Source: an uncultured Verrucomicrobiae bacterium (lineage in GTDB: Bacteria; Verrucomicrobiota; Verrucomicrobiia; Limisphaerales; Palsa-1400). Taken from it: a stretch of DNA of 64,000 nucleotides. The stretch is from the NCBI GenBank assembly GCA_963764165.1, contig CAVXRD010000001.1, positions 992,001-1,056,000 of the forward strand, read 5' to 3'. A model generated the notes under the pieces. That model was not told where the DNA came from, did no database searches, and saw nothing but the letters and a program-made list of their open reading frames with translations. Each line of letters opens with the position of its first letter. The stretch's first letter is position 1. Position numbers and translations under genes: made by a program. This document shows, one piece after another, positions 1 through 9,701 of the stretch.

Positions 1-2
1 TC

Positions 3-284
3 CACGCTGGCCAGGACCCAATCAAACTTCTCAAGCGTTATCCGGATCGCTGGGTTTCGATGCACTTAAAGGATATGCGGAAAGGAGCGCCAACGGGAAT
101 TTTCAATGGCACCATCAACCGAAAGGATTTTGTGCCGATTGGCCAGGGGCAGATCGATATCGTCGGCGCAATGAAACTAGCTTACAAATTTGGCGTCAAA
201 TCCTTCATCATCGAAGACGAATCCAGTTCTGCCGACACGGGAATTCCCCAAAGTTTGACGTTTTTGAAATCCGTGACGTGGTGA
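3..284 (+). CDS. sugar phosphate isomerase/epimerase (xylose isomerase-like TIM barrel), 3' part only
   Basis: Frame is open from the window edge: HAGQDPIKLLKRYPDRWVSMHLKD...G.G.ID...IIEDE, typical C-terminal AP_endonuc_2 motifs. Confidence 0.8.
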   Translation, partial: HAGQDPIKLLKRYPDRWVSMHLKDMRKGAPTGIFNGTINRKDFVPIGQGQIDIVGAMKLAYKFGVKSFIIEDESSSADTGIPQSLTFLKSVTW

Positions 285-332
285 CGGCCGGGGTATGATT
301 AAATGCGTGTGATCTTGCAGGCGCGAAGCGAG

Positions 333-433
333 GTATGGACGCCTCGCCGAGGCGTCCGGGGTGAGGTTCTCTCAATTCCAGCGTCTTGAAAATTTCACAC
401 GTCGACCCGGACGCCTCGGCGAGGCGTCCCTGC
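333..433. repeat. REP family A inverted doublet (REPIN-like)
   Basis: GGACGCCTCGCCGAGGCGTCCGGG (337-360) and its exact reverse complement (406-429); each arm is itself palindromic; GTAG-like outer ends (GTAT / CTGC). Confidence 0.9.
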
Positions 434-519
434 CTTTTCGCCGCTTTTATCGCGCCGGGAAATCAAGACAGACAGAATTTCATCTCGCATGAACCGCAAC
501 TGGCGTTAAATTCGAGCGC

Positions 520-1302
520 ATGTCGTTTTTTTTCGTTTTTCTGGGATCCGGCACCTCGCAAGGCGTGCCGATCATTGGCAAGGAATATCCGCCGTCGTTC
601 CTTGCCAATCCGAAAAATCATCGCACGCGCCCGTCCATTTACGTGGAAACGGACAAAGTTAAGTTCGTTGTCGACACAACGCCGGAGTTTCGCATCCAGA
701 TTCTGCGCGAAAACATCCGCTGGCTGGACGCCGTCATTTTCACCCACGCGCACGCCGACCACATCATGGGCTTGGACGATTGCCGCCGGTTCTGCGATTT
801 GCGCGGCGGCCCCCTGCCCGTTTACGCCACCAAGGTGACGATGGACAATTTGGCGCGCGTGTATAATTACGCCTTCCTGGCCAAGGAAATTCCCAAGGGC
901 TATTTCGCGCCCGAGCCGCATCTCGTGGAAGGCCCGTTCACGCTCGGCGATTTGGAAATCACGCCGATGGAATTGCCGCACGGGCCCGTCAACACAACGG
1001 GCTACCTTTTCACGCAAGGCGGCGTCAAACGGCTGGCCTATCTGAGCGATTGCAAGGAAGTCCCGGCCGCCGCGCATGAGATCATCCACGGCGTCGAAGT
1101 CTTGGTGCTCGATGCGTTGCGGCACGCTCCGCATCCGACGCATATGTGCCTCGACGAGGCGCTCACTGCCGCCCGGCGCATTAATGCGGGGCGCACTTAC
1201 TTCACGCACCTGACCCACGATTTCGACCATGACATCGCGCAGGCCGAGCTTCCGCCGACGGTGGAATTTGCCTTCGACGGATTGCGGGTGGATGTGCCAT
1301 AG
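520..1302 (+). CDS. MBL-fold metallo-hydrolase, PhnP-like phosphodiesterase
   Basis: [11 protein letters not shown] start, THAHADH metal motif, HPTH and THLTH motifs. Confidence 0.9.
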   Translation: MSFFFVFLGSGTSQGVPIIGKEYPPSFLANPKNHRTRPSIYVETDKVKFVVDTTPEFRIQILRENIRWLDAVIFTHAHADHIMGLDDCRRFCDLRGGPLPVYATKVTMDNLARVYNYAFLAKEIPKGYFAPEPHLVEGPFTLGDLEITPMELPHGPVNTTGYLFTQGGVKRLAYLSDCKEVPAAAHEIIHGVEVLVLDALRHAPHPTHMCLDEALTAARRINAGRTYFTHLTHDFDHDIAQAELPPTVEFAFDGLRVDVP

Positions 1303-1312
1303 TTTGACCGCG

Positions 1313-2959
1313 ATGCGATTCCGCAACTTCGTGGCCGCCGTTATTCTGATATTTATCGGAATTCCATTGGCGTCCGCCGACGGGCCGGGGGACTCGGTTG
1401 TTGTCGTATATAATTCCAAACAGCCGGATTCGAAAGGAGTCGCCGAGCATTACGCCGAGCGCCGGCACGTTCCCAAGAGCCAGATCATCGGGCTTGATCT
1501 GCCGACGGACGAAACGATGTCACGAGCCGACTATCGAACGAAACTGCAGCAGCCATTGCTGAAATTTCTCGAGGACAATCACCTATTCACCTATGCCCCG
1601 GCTCCCGATGGCGACACTCCGAGCAATGCGGTTCCAATCGCGGCGACGGTTCGCTACGCGGTCCTCTGTTACGGCGTCCCGCTGCGCATTGGCGAGGATG
1701 GCACGCTCGCCGAAGCCGGCGCGGATACAGTTGCAGAACCGCTGCGCCGCAATGGCGCAGCCGTTGATTCGGAATTATGCCGGCTGCCGGTGAAAAATTC
1801 GACTGCCCTTCTCACAGGGCCGGAGATGAATCACTTGTTCGGCAAGGTCCGCCCCGAGTGGCTGAGCCCCACCAACACGCTGCTGATGGTTACCCGGCTG
1901 GACGGCCCAAGTGCCATCATTGCGCGCGGCCTGATAGACAAAGCCATCGCGGCGGAATCGAACGGATTGTGGGGCCGGGCTTATTTTGACCTGCGCGGCC
2001 TCAAGGATGGCAATTACAAACCCGGCGATGACATGCTTCGCGCCGCGGCGGAAATTGCGCGCGAGTGCGGTTTTGACACTCTTGTTGACGAGAACGAAGA
2101 GACATTTCCCGCCGCGTTTCCCATGAGCCAGATCGCGCTTTACGCCGGCTGGTATAACAGCGATGCCAACGGGCCGTTCGCGCGGCCGAAGGTGGAATTC
2201 ATGCCCGGAGCCTTCGCCTATCATCTGCATTCATACAGCGCGCAAACGCTCCGCAGCACCAACACCCATTGGTGCGGCCCGCTGCTCGCGGAAGGCGCGG
2301 CCGCGACCATGGGCTGCGTCGATGAGCCTTATCTCTCAGGCACGCCCAACATGGATATTTTCTTCGCCGCCTGGCTGCGCGGCAGTTTCACTTACGGCGA
2401 GGCCGCCTACGCCTGCCAGCGCGTTCTCTCGTGGCAAACCACGGTCATCGGCGACCCGCTCTACCGCGCCTTCAGCATGCCCCCCCGCGCCCGCCACGAC
2501 ATGCTCGAACGCCAGCACAGTCCATGGCTGGAATGGGCCGACCTGCAATTCGTCAACGAAGCCCTGATCCTCGGCGCCAAGCCCGCCGAAATGATCGATT
2601 ACTTGACAAGCCCGTCCGTCCCGTCCCACAGCCCAATCCTTTCCGAAAAGCTCGCCGAACTATATCACGCTCGCGGTTCATCTGATGACGTCATCAAATC
2701 GCTGGAAGCCGCATTGGCGGACAATCCATCCCCGCAGCAAAGAGTGCGCCTGACCCTGAAACTCCACGACCGATTCATTGGCGCGAATCGCGAGTCCGAC
2801 GCGCTGGCGTTGCTCGAGAATTTCACCAAACAAAATCCCGACTACCCCGACCTCCTCAGCCTTTACCGTAGGATGGAAGCCCTCGCCACGAAACTGCACC
2901 ACTCCAAGGAAGCCAAAGCCATCGCTGACGAGATTGCGAAGCGCACGGAGCATAATTAA
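1313..2959 (+). CDS. TIGR03790 family secreted protein with C-terminal TPR-like helices
   Basis: Signal peptide from ATG 1313; VVVVYN, YGVPLRI, AAVDSEL, VTRLDGP, GAFAYHLHSYSA, GCVDEPYL, IGDPLY motifs. Confidence 0.85.
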   Translation: MRFRNFVAAVILIFIGIPLASADGPGDSVVVVYNSKQPDSKGVAEHYAERRHVPKSQIIGLDLPTDETMSRADYRTKLQQPLLKFLEDNHLFTYAPAPDGDTPSNAVPIAATVRYAVLCYGVPLRIGEDGTLAEAGADTVAEPLRRNGAAVDSELCRLPVKNSTALLTGPEMNHLFGKVRPEWLSPTNTLLMVTRLDGPSAIIARGLIDKAIAAESNGLWGRAYFDLRGLKDGNYKPGDDMLRAAAEIARECGFDTLVDENEETFPAAFPMSQIALYAGWYNSDANGPFARPKVEFMPGAFAYHLHSYSAQTLRSTNTHWCGPLLAEGAAATMGCVDEPYLSGTPNMDIFFAAWLRGSFTYGEAAYACQRVLSWQTTVIGDPLYRAFSMPPRARHDMLERQHSPWLEWADLQFVNEALILGAKPAEMIDYLTSPSVPSHSPILSEKLAELYHARGSSDDVIKSLEAALADNPSPQQRVRLTLKLHDRFIGANRESDALALLENFTKQNPDYPDLLSLYRRMEALATKLHHSKEAKAIADEIAKRTEHN

Positions 2960-2994
2960 CGGCTTTTGGTCCCTACCGAAAAAAAGTGTGGATA

Positions 2995-3054
2995 AATCTG
3001 GAACTCACGAACTCAGGAAGAGAGTTCTGGAAAGACATTCCTGATTTCCAGATT
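2995..3054. repeat. short periodic inverted repeat, family E (AATCTGGAACTCAnGAAnTCAGGAA)
   Basis: Arm 2995-3019 with inverted partial arm TTCCTGATTTCCAGATT 3038-3054; recurs at 18826 and 55268/55324. Confidence 0.75.
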
Positions 3055-3088
3055 AATTCCTCCCCAATTTTACTCCCATTTTCCAAGC

Positions 3089-3117
3089 TTGACCGGAGAC
3101 GGACAGTGCGCTAGTTT
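3089..3117 (+). promoter_or_regulatory. putative sigma70 promoter of the ilvB leader
   Basis: TTGACC-N17-TAGTTT ending 8 nt before the leader-peptide ATG. Confidence 0.6.
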
Positions 3118-3125
3118 CTGCCGTC

Positions 3126-3206
3126 ATGCTCGGTAATTGGCTGCAAGTTATTCTGACAGGCGTGGTCGTCGTAGGACGGCCCGCCGTGGAGACTTGTCGC
3201 GTCTAA
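3126..3206 (+). CDS. ilvB attenuator leader peptide, 26 aa (MLGNWLQVILTGVVVVGRPAVETCRV)
   Basis: Short ORF not in the ORF track; V-I-L cluster and four tandem Val codons; followed by terminator hairpin and ilvB. Confidence 0.8.
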   Translation: MLGNWLQVILTGVVVVGRPAVETCRV

Positions 3207-3217
3207 TGCTTTCCGAC

Positions 3218-3249
3218 AAACCCACGGCTGAAAAGGTCGTGGGTTTTTT
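3218..3249 (+). terminator. attenuator terminator upstream of ilvB
   Basis: Stem AAACCCACGGC / GTCGTGGGTTT plus T tract; GCCGTGG (3183-3189) can pair with CCACGGC (3222-3228) as antiterminator. Confidence 0.85.
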
Positions 3250-3282
3250 ATTTCGGCCCCCGGCCCGCCAGCCAAAAATCAT

Positions 3283-5157
3283 ATGAATACAAAAGTCCGA
3301 ACAAAAAAGTCACAGGCACTCAAAGCTCCCAAAGCTCCGGTCTCCAAAATCGGCGCGCCCATGGCGGGCAGCGATATTCTCATCCGCGCCCTCGAACGCG
3401 AAGGCGTCGAACATATTTTTGCCTATCCGGGCGGCGCCAGCATGGAACTCCACCAATCGCTGACGCGCTCGACCATTCGCACGATTTTGCCCCGGCACGA
3501 ACAGGGCGGCGCTTTTGCCGCCTGCGGTTACGCCCGCGCGACCGGCAAGCCGGGCGTTTGCATGGCCACCAGCGGTCCCGGCGCGACCAATCTCGTCACC
3601 TCCATCGCAGATGCCTACATGGATTCCGTCCCGCTCATCGCCATCACCGGCCAGGTGCCGCAGGCGATGATCGGCAAGGGCGCGTTCCAGGAAACCGACT
3701 TTTTCGGCATGACCCTGCCGGTTGTCAAACATAGTTATCTGATCACCGACATCAATGAAATCCCGCGCGTGGTCAAGGAAGCGTTTTATATCGCCCGCAC
3801 CGGGCGGCCCGGCCCGGTGGTGATTGATTTCCCGAAGAATCTCCAGCAAGCCCGCACGCAGCCAGTCTGGCCGACAGAAGTGACCTTGCGCGGTTACGAT
3901 CCGCTGCAAAAGGCGGACGATCTCGCATTGAATGAAATCATCGGATTGATCGAGAAGTCCGAGCGCCCCGTGCTTTATTGCGGTGGCGGCATCATCACGG
4001 GCGACGCGTCAGAAGAGCTTCGCAAATTTGCCGAGGCGACCAAAATTCCCGTGACCACGACGATCATGGGCTGCGGCGCCTTCCCGGAAACGCATCCGCT
4101 TTCCTTGCGCTGGCTCGGCATGCACGGCGCGGCGTTTGCCAATTGGGCGGTGAGCGGTGAATATCAATCACGCGCGAATTTCACCGACCAGGCGATCAAG
4201 GTGAAAGACGGGGCGGATTTGCTGCTGGCCTTCGGCGTGCGGTTTGACGACCGCGTGACCGGCAAAGTTGAGGAATTCTGCAAGACGGGAACGATCGTTC
4301 ATATTGACATCGATCAATCCGAGCACAACAAAAACCGCAAGGTGCATCTGGCCATCCAGAGCGACATTAAGTACGCGCTCAAGCGGCTCAATGAAATGGT
4401 CCGCAACCGCAAAATTCAAAAGACCTTCGAGGCGTGGCACAAGCAGATCGAGGAATGGAAGGCGCGCGCGCCATTCGCCTGGAAGGTCGACGAAGAGGTG
4501 GTCCACTCGGAGCACATGCACGAACACCTCCAAGGCCGCGAAAGTGAAGTGATTCTGCCGCAGATGGCCATCGAGATGCTTTACGAATTGACCAAAGGCG
4601 AGGCCGTCATCACGACAGGCGTCGGCCAGCACCAAATGTGGACGGGGCAATTCTACAAATTCAACACGCCCCGCCAGCTCATCACCAGCGCCGGACTGGG
4701 CGCGATGGGTTTCGGTTATCCGGCGGCGCTCGGCGCGAAAGTCGCCCTGCCGCACAAGCAGGTGGTCGATATTGACGGCGACGGTTCCTTCCTGATGAAC
4801 GTTCAGGAACTGGCCACCGCACACATCGAAAAAATCGCGGCCAAGGCGATGATCCTGAACAACCAGCACCTCGGCATGGTGGTGCAGTGGGAGGATAATT
4901 TCTACAAGGGCAATCGCGGCAACACCTATTTGGGGGACCCGAATTTGCGCAAACAAATTTATCCCGATTACATCGCGATGGCGAAGAGCTTCAATGTCCC
5001 CGCCCAGCGCGTCATGTATAAGAAAGACCTGCGCAAGGCGATTCAGGATATGCTTGACTCAGATCAGCCATATTTGCTGGACGTCATCTGCCCCTACACG
5101 GAGCACGTGATGCCCTTCATCCCCGCCGGCCGGACGGTGGCGGATATGCGGTATTGA
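3283..5157 (+). CDS. ilvB: acetolactate synthase large subunit
   Basis: [48 protein letters not shown]-binding motifs. Confidence 0.97.
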   Translation: MNTKVRTKKSQALKAPKAPVSKIGAPMAGSDILIRALEREGVEHIFAYPGGASMELHQSLTRSTIRTILPRHEQGGAFAACGYARATGKPGVCMATSGPGATNLVTSIADAYMDSVPLIAITGQVPQAMIGKGAFQETDFFGMTLPVVKHSYLITDINEIPRVVKEAFYIARTGRPGPVVIDFPKNLQQARTQPVWPTEVTLRGYDPLQKADDLALNEIIGLIEKSERPVLYCGGGIITGDASEELRKFAEATKIPVTTTIMGCGAFPETHPLSLRWLGMHGAAFANWAVSGEYQSRANFTDQAIKVKDGADLLLAFGVRFDDRVTGKVEEFCKTGTIVHIDIDQSEHNKNRKVHLAIQSDIKYALKRLNEMVRNRKIQKTFEAWHKQIEEWKARAPFAWKVDEEVVHSEHMHEHLQGRESEVILPQMAIEMLYELTKGEAVITTGVGQHQMWTGQFYKFNTPRQLITSAGLGAMGFGYPAALGAKVALPHKQVVDIDGDGSFLMNVQELATAHIEKIAAKAMILNNQHLGMVVQWEDNFYKGNRGNTYLGDPNLRKQIYPDYIAMAKSFNVPAQRVMYKKDLRKAIQDMLDSDQPYLLDVICPYTEHVMPFIPAGRTVADMRY

Positions 5158-5179
5158 GTTGGTCGATTTGGCTTTGGCT

Positions 5180-5291
5180 CGGTAGGGCGAGGCTCCTGCC
5201 GAGCCGTCCTATTGGTCGTATAAGTCCTATAGGTCCTATTCAATAAAAGCCCGGGAAGATGGGATGGCTCGGCGGGAGCCTCGCCCTACCG
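5180..5291. repeat. REP family B inverted doublet
   Basis: GTAGGGCGAGGCTCCTGCCGAGCC (5182-5205) ... GGCTCGGCGGGAGCCTCGCCCTAC (5266-5289); spacer has 9-nt GTCCTATAG-like tandem units; lies between convergent ilvB and trpC. Confidence 0.9.
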
Positions 5292-6077
5292 TCAAACATT
5301 CAGAAGCTGCTCTATTTTTTCGCCGATGCTCTCGCGCTCCCTGTTGCGCAACAGCGATTCTCCCACTAGGATCGCCCCTGCCCCCGCGCGATAGACTTGC
5401 TGCACGTCGGCTGCCGTGTTCAATCCGCTTTCGGCGACGATGAACTTCCCCGGCATCTTCGCGGCGAGGCGGGCGGTCGTCCCCAAATCCACAGTAAAAT
5501 TATCCAAATTTCGATTGTTGACGCCGATGAGCGGCGCGTCCATCGCAAGCACGCGTTCCAGTTCCGCCTCATCATGCACCTCGACCAGCGCGGTCAAGCC
5601 CGCGTCGACGGCGAGTTGATGGAACTGGCGCAATTGCGCGTCGGACAAAATTCGAACGATTAACAGGATGGCGTCCGCGCCGTTTTCGGCCGCCTCAAGA
5701 ATCTGGCGTTCGTCAATTATAAAGTCCTTGCGCAAGAGAGGAAGCGAAACCGCCGCGCGAATTTGCCGAAGGTATTCCAATGAGCCTTGAAAGAATTTCT
5801 CGTCCGTGAGCACGGAAAGACAGGCAGCCCCCGCCGCTTCGTATTCGCGGGCGATGCGAACGGGATCAAAATCCGCGCAGATGACTCCGGCGGACGGCGA
5901 GGCTTTCTTTACTTCCGCGATCAATGCAACCGGGCCGCGCCTGGGCTGGCGCAGCGCGGAAAAAAAATCGCGCGGCGAACGGCGGGCATCCCGGATCATC
6001 GCGGGCGTGACTTCGAAAGTTGGCAGCTTCGCCACTTCGCGCTTTTTCTCCGCGACAATGGTGTCGAGGATGTTCAT
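5292..6077 (-). CDS. trpC: indole-3-glycerol phosphate synthase
   Basis: IAEVKKASPSAG, LSVLTD..FFQGS, LRKDFI, GVNNRNL, AESG motifs; ATG overlaps prfB stop (TAATG). Confidence 0.97.
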   Translation of the reverse strand: MNILDTIVAEKKREVAKLPTFEVTPAMIRDARRSPRDFFSALRQPRRGPVALIAEVKKASPSAGVICADFDPVRIAREYEAAGAACLSVLTDEKFFQGSLEYLRQIRAAVSLPLLRKDFIIDERQILEAAENGADAILLIVRILSDAQLRQFHQLAVDAGLTALVEVHDEAELERVLAMDAPLIGVNNRNLDNFTVDLGTTARLAAKMPGKFIVAESGLNTAADVQQVYRAGAGAILVGESLLRNRERESIGEKIEQLLNV

Positions 6078-7223
6078 TAGTCTTCCTCGTCTTTGACGCC
6101 GGCCATGCGTTTGAGCGGGCAGCCGGCGCGCAGCCACGCGTTGACGAATGGGTCCAAATTGCCGTCCATGACGCCCTGGACATTGCTTGTTTCCTCGCCG
6201 GTGCGCAGGTCTTTCACCATGCGATACGGCTGGAAAACATAACTGCGAATCTGGTGTCCAAAGCCAATCGAGCCTTTCTCTCCGTAAAAGCGTTCCAATT
6301 CCGCTTTCTGCTCGTCAACCCGTTTGGCGTAAATTTTCGAAATCAACATGCGCATGGCGGTGGCGCGGTTTTGATGCTGTGATCGCTGGCCTTGCGATGC
6401 GGCAATCAAGCCCGTGGGCAAGTGCGTGATGCGGACGGCTGTTTCCACTTTGTTGACGTTCTGCCCGCCCTTGCCGCCGGAGCGATACGTGTCCACCTGC
6501 AATTCGGCGGGCGGAAGAACGATATCCGAACTCGTCTCCTCGATTTCCGCGATGACGTCGACGCTGGCGAAACTGGTGTGGCGGCGCTTATTGGAATCGT
6601 AAGGAGAAATGCGGACGAGGCGATGGACGCCGCGCTCGGCTTTGCAGAAACCGTAGGCGCATTCGCCGTTGATCAGCAGCGTGGCGCTCTTGATGCCCGC
6701 CGTTTCGCCGAGCAGGACATCCGATACTTCAACTTCCCAGCCGCGATTTTCGCACCAGCGCTGGTACATGCGCAGGAGCATGTCCGCCCAGTCGCAAGCT
6801 TCCGTGCCGCCCGCGCCGGAGTTAATGCTGAGGATGCAATTGTTCCTGTCGTGCGGGCCGTTGAGAAAAACCCGCAGCTCAATGCTCTCCAGCTCACTGG
6901 TGAATTTCGCCAGGTCGCGCTCCAGTTCGGCTTCGTGGCGGGGCTGTTCGCTGGCAGGCTCGTCTTGCACCAATTCGAGCATCGCCTTGAAATCTTCGGC
7001 CTGGCGCTCGGCTTTGAGGACGGGCTCCGTCTTTTTGCGGAGAGAATTGGCTTCGTCGATGAGGGCCTGGGCTTTTTCGCGGTTATTCCAGAAACCCTCC
7101 TGGGCCATCAACTGATCAAGTTCGGCGAGGCGTTTTTGAATTCCTGGCAAGTCAAAGAAACCTCCGCAGATGAGCAACTTTTTCCTCAGCGGCCGGCAAT
7201 TGAACTTTGATCTTGTCGAACAT
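6077..7223 (-). CDS. prfB: peptide chain release factor 2, programmed +1 frameshift (join 7223..7155 + 7153..6077)
   Basis: GAGGTEA, GVHRLVRISPY, GGQ motifs; 23-codon first frame MFDKIKVQLPAAEEKVAHLRRFL ends at CTT TGA C. Confidence 0.97.
7151..7167 (-). promoter_or_regulatory. RF2 +1 frameshift site with internal Shine-Dalgarno
   Basis: Minus strand GCGGAGGTTTCTTTGAC = GGAGG-N3-CTT TGA C. Confidence 0.95.
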
Positions 7224-7282
7224 GATGGCGAAACATACAGCAAAAGCCTCCGGACGCAAAGGGCAAATGGGGCATTTCAAAG

Positions 7283-7366
7283 GCAGGGGCGCCTAGCCGA
7301 GGCTTCCGAGGACTTTCACAAGTCCGAACGCGCTCGAAAAACGCCGCAGCCTCGGACGCCTCGGCG
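7283..7366. repeat. REP family A doublet, right arm split by IS1182 (remainder at 9050-9065)
   Basis: Degenerate left arm GCAGGGGCGCCTAGCCGAGGCTTCC; spacer homologous to the reverse complement of 34007-34096; right arm GGACGCCTCGGCG | AGGCGTCCCTAC. Confidence 0.88.
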
Positions 7367-9049
7367 GAGACTGTCTCAAAACGTTTTAGTCTGGCCGATC
7401 TGGTTATATGGGCACCAATAGGGGCTGTGGAAACGGGTGTCAACTTTTAGTTGTCAGAGCGTGGCTGGCGTCAGCGATGACGCCAAGCTTCCCTTTCCCT
7501 CCTTTTTTAGGCCGCCATCGCCAAATTTCCTTCAACCGCGGCGGTTTTGACTTCCATTTTCGGCGTCTGGACCCGGGCCTGCCACTTTTTATAGAGGATT
7601 CGCAGGTTCAAGGTGGCGCATAACAAGGCCCATTGGGCTTGCACGGCTTCCAGACCCCAAACTGTCCAACGCCGAAAGCCGTCGTGTTGCTTGAGCTGCC
7701 CAAACCGGCGTTCGATGATCTCTTTGCGCTTTCCATAAAGCGCGGCGGGTCCTGGCTCTTGCAGCCGGGCCCGCATGGCTTGCACCAGCGTGGTGTGCGG
7801 CCACACTTCGACTTGCCGCCCTTTGGGATCGCGGCTGCAGAGGGCGCGCACGGGACAGTCTCGGTGATGGCAGCGGAAGCGCTCAACGGTCTGGCCTTTC
7901 TTGGTGGTCTGGCCTTCGTGGTCCAGAAGGCGCTCTTGCGGGCAGGTGACGGTGTGGGCCGCCTCGTCATAATGAAAATGCTGCGTCGCGTAGGCGTTGT
8001 CGTGGGCTGGCTTGCCCTCCGCCGGCGGGGCCAGCACATTCATCTGCTGTTCCACGGCCGCTTTCAAGTCGGCCCCGCCCCCATAGCCGGCGTCGGCGGC
8101 GGTGAGGGTTGGAATGGCCGCCGGACCGAGGTTTTGCCTCGCTTCTTCAATCATGGGGACCAGCTGGCCGGCGTCGGTTTCCTGGCGGGTGGCTTGACAG
8201 GCGACCATGATGCCCTCCTGGCTGTCGGCCACCGCCTGGGCGTTGTAGGCAAAGCGGTTGGTGTCGCCGACTTTCATCCGGCGCGCCTCCGGTTCGGCTG
8301 GATGGTAATGGTGGCGCCCGTCGGCCTGCAGCTGGGCCAGGCCTTTTTTGATTTCCTCGCGCAGGGCCTGGCGCTGGGCCAACCCGGCGGGCAGCCGGCA
8401 GCCCGGTGCGCTGGAATCCTGGTTCTCCGCCACGACTTTGAGCTCGATTTCCTCCAAGGCGCCATCCAGCTGGGCCAGGAGCTTCTCCATGTAAACCTTG
8501 CTCCAGCCCTGCGGCCCGCTGCAGGCGGCTTGAATCTTGGTGCCGTCCAACGCTTGCAAGGCAAATCCCACCGCCCCGGTGCGGAGGGCCAGCTGCACGG
8601 TTTGCTTGAAAACCTGGCGCAGGGCCTTTTTGTTTCCGTCCCAGAACCGCCAGAGGCTGTTGTGGTCGGGGGCGTTGAGCCCCGTCAGCCACAGCAGCGA
8701 GACATGCTCCGTGCAGGCGGTTTCCAGCTTGCGGGTGGAGCGAATGCGGTGGAAATAACCGTAAAGCCAAATCTTGAGCAGGAGGCTGGGGGCATAGGGC
8801 GGACGGCCTTCGGCGGCGGCGGGAATGACAAACCCAAGCTGGGGCAGATCCAACTGGTCGACAAATTCGCGCAGGAAGCGGGCGGGATGGTCGGCGGACA
8901 CCCAGTCCTCCAGGGCGGGCGGGAGGAGGAACTGCTGTCCGTAATCAGGGGCAATCGGTTGAGCCATATTTGTTGAACGGCATTGTCAACTAAAGGCTCA
9001 CATATTGTCAAATACATTCCTCAAAAAACAGAAGTTTTGAGACAATCTC
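7367..9049 (-). mobile_element. IS1182-family insertion sequence, 1683 bp
   Basis: 16-bp TIRs GAGACTGTCTCAAAAC (7367-7382) / GTTTTGAGACAATCTC (9034-9049), one mismatch; GGCG target duplication at 7363-7366 and 9050-9053. Confidence 0.93.
7507..8967 (-). CDS. IS1182-family DDE transposase
   Basis: QQFLLPP, GRPPYAP..LLKIWLYGY, PDH, DGTKIQA, YNAQ, ADAGY, Cys cluster, IERRFGQLK. Confidence 0.93.
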   Translation of the reverse strand: MAQPIAPDYGQQFLLPPALEDWVSADHPARFLREFVDQLDLPQLGFVIPAAAEGRPPYAPSLLLKIWLYGYFHRIRSTRKLETACTEHVSLLWLTGLNAPDHNSLWRFWDGNKKALRQVFKQTVQLALRTGAVGFALQALDGTKIQAACSGPQGWSKVYMEKLLAQLDGALEEIELKVVAENQDSSAPGCRLPAGLAQRQALREEIKKGLAQLQADGRHHYHPAEPEARRMKVGDTNRFAYNAQAVADSQEGIMVACQATRQETDAGQLVPMIEEARQNLGPAAIPTLTAADAGYGGGADLKAAVEQQMNVLAPPAEGKPAHDNAYATQHFHYDEAAHTVTCPQERLLDHEGQTTKKGQTVERFRCHHRDCPVRALCSRDPKGRQVEVWPHTTLVQAMRARLQEPGPAALYGKRKEIIERRFGQLKQHDGFRRWTVWGLEAVQAQWALLCATLNLRILYKKWQARVQTPKMEVKTAAVEGNLAMAA

Positions 9050-9061
9050 GGCGAGGCGTCC

Positions 9062-9646
9062 CTACCTTAATTTCCAGCGCGCGTGCCATTGTTGCAGGGT
9101 GCTCACGAAATAACGATCCCGCTTGTGATTGACAACACCGATGAATGAATCGCCCAGCCGAATTGCAATTGCCAACGACCATACAAATAGGACGATTGTA
9201 ATTAGAAAATTCTGCCAGCCGTCGAGCGGCCATTGATGCCGCCAGAACCAAATCGGATTTTGCCGCAACGGGCCAAGATACATGATGGGCCAAAGATCAA
9301 TCGCATCGGGCCCCCGCGAACCGAGAAAATCGCACAGCACATGCAAATGAAACGCCACCAAAGCCAGGCCGAAGACGCGCCAGCGCTTGTGAGCGATGGC
9401 TGCCATGATTACGGCGCAAAGCAGGGCCGCTGGCAAACCGTGGCCGACAAAGTGATGGTATTTTGGATAATAATAATACTCGTATTTGCCGGAAGTCGTG
9501 GCGTCCTTATACCAGTCAACAAAAAGGCCCAAACCATCGAGATCCGGAATGACGCCAGCCAATGAAACCAATCGCCGGTCGCGCAAATTGTCGGTCGTTT
9601 TGGCGGCAATGATCCAACTGGCCAGCAAATGAGTTAATGGCGACAT
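9062..9646 (-). CDS. membrane-bound metal-dependent hydrolase (YdjM-like)
   Basis: M.PLTH, PDLD, HH..GH, HLH..CD motifs with hydrophobic helices; its TAG stop lies in the REP GTAG. Confidence 0.8.
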   Translation of the reverse strand: MSPLTHLLASWIIAAKTTDNLRDRRLVSLAGVIPDLDGLGLFVDWYKDATTSGKYEYYYYPKYHHFVGHGLPAALLCAVIMAAIAHKRWRVFGLALVAFHLHVLCDFLGSRGPDAIDLWPIMYLGPLRQNPIWFWRHQWPLDGWQNFLITIVLFVWSLAIAIRLGDSFIGVVNHKRDRYFVSTLQQWHARWKLR

Positions 9647-9701
9647 TCCGAGAGCGAATTTGTCCGCCCCTCCAGCAAACACCAAAAACCATGTTTGGTT
9701 C

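Noticed and set aside
6077..7243. prfB start at 7243 as given by the ORF track
   Set aside because: True start is 7223 in another frame, joined by the canonical programmed frameshift; known biology
7633..8976. 447 aa plus-strand ORF inside the IS1182 element
   Set aside because: Antisense to the transposase, no motifs
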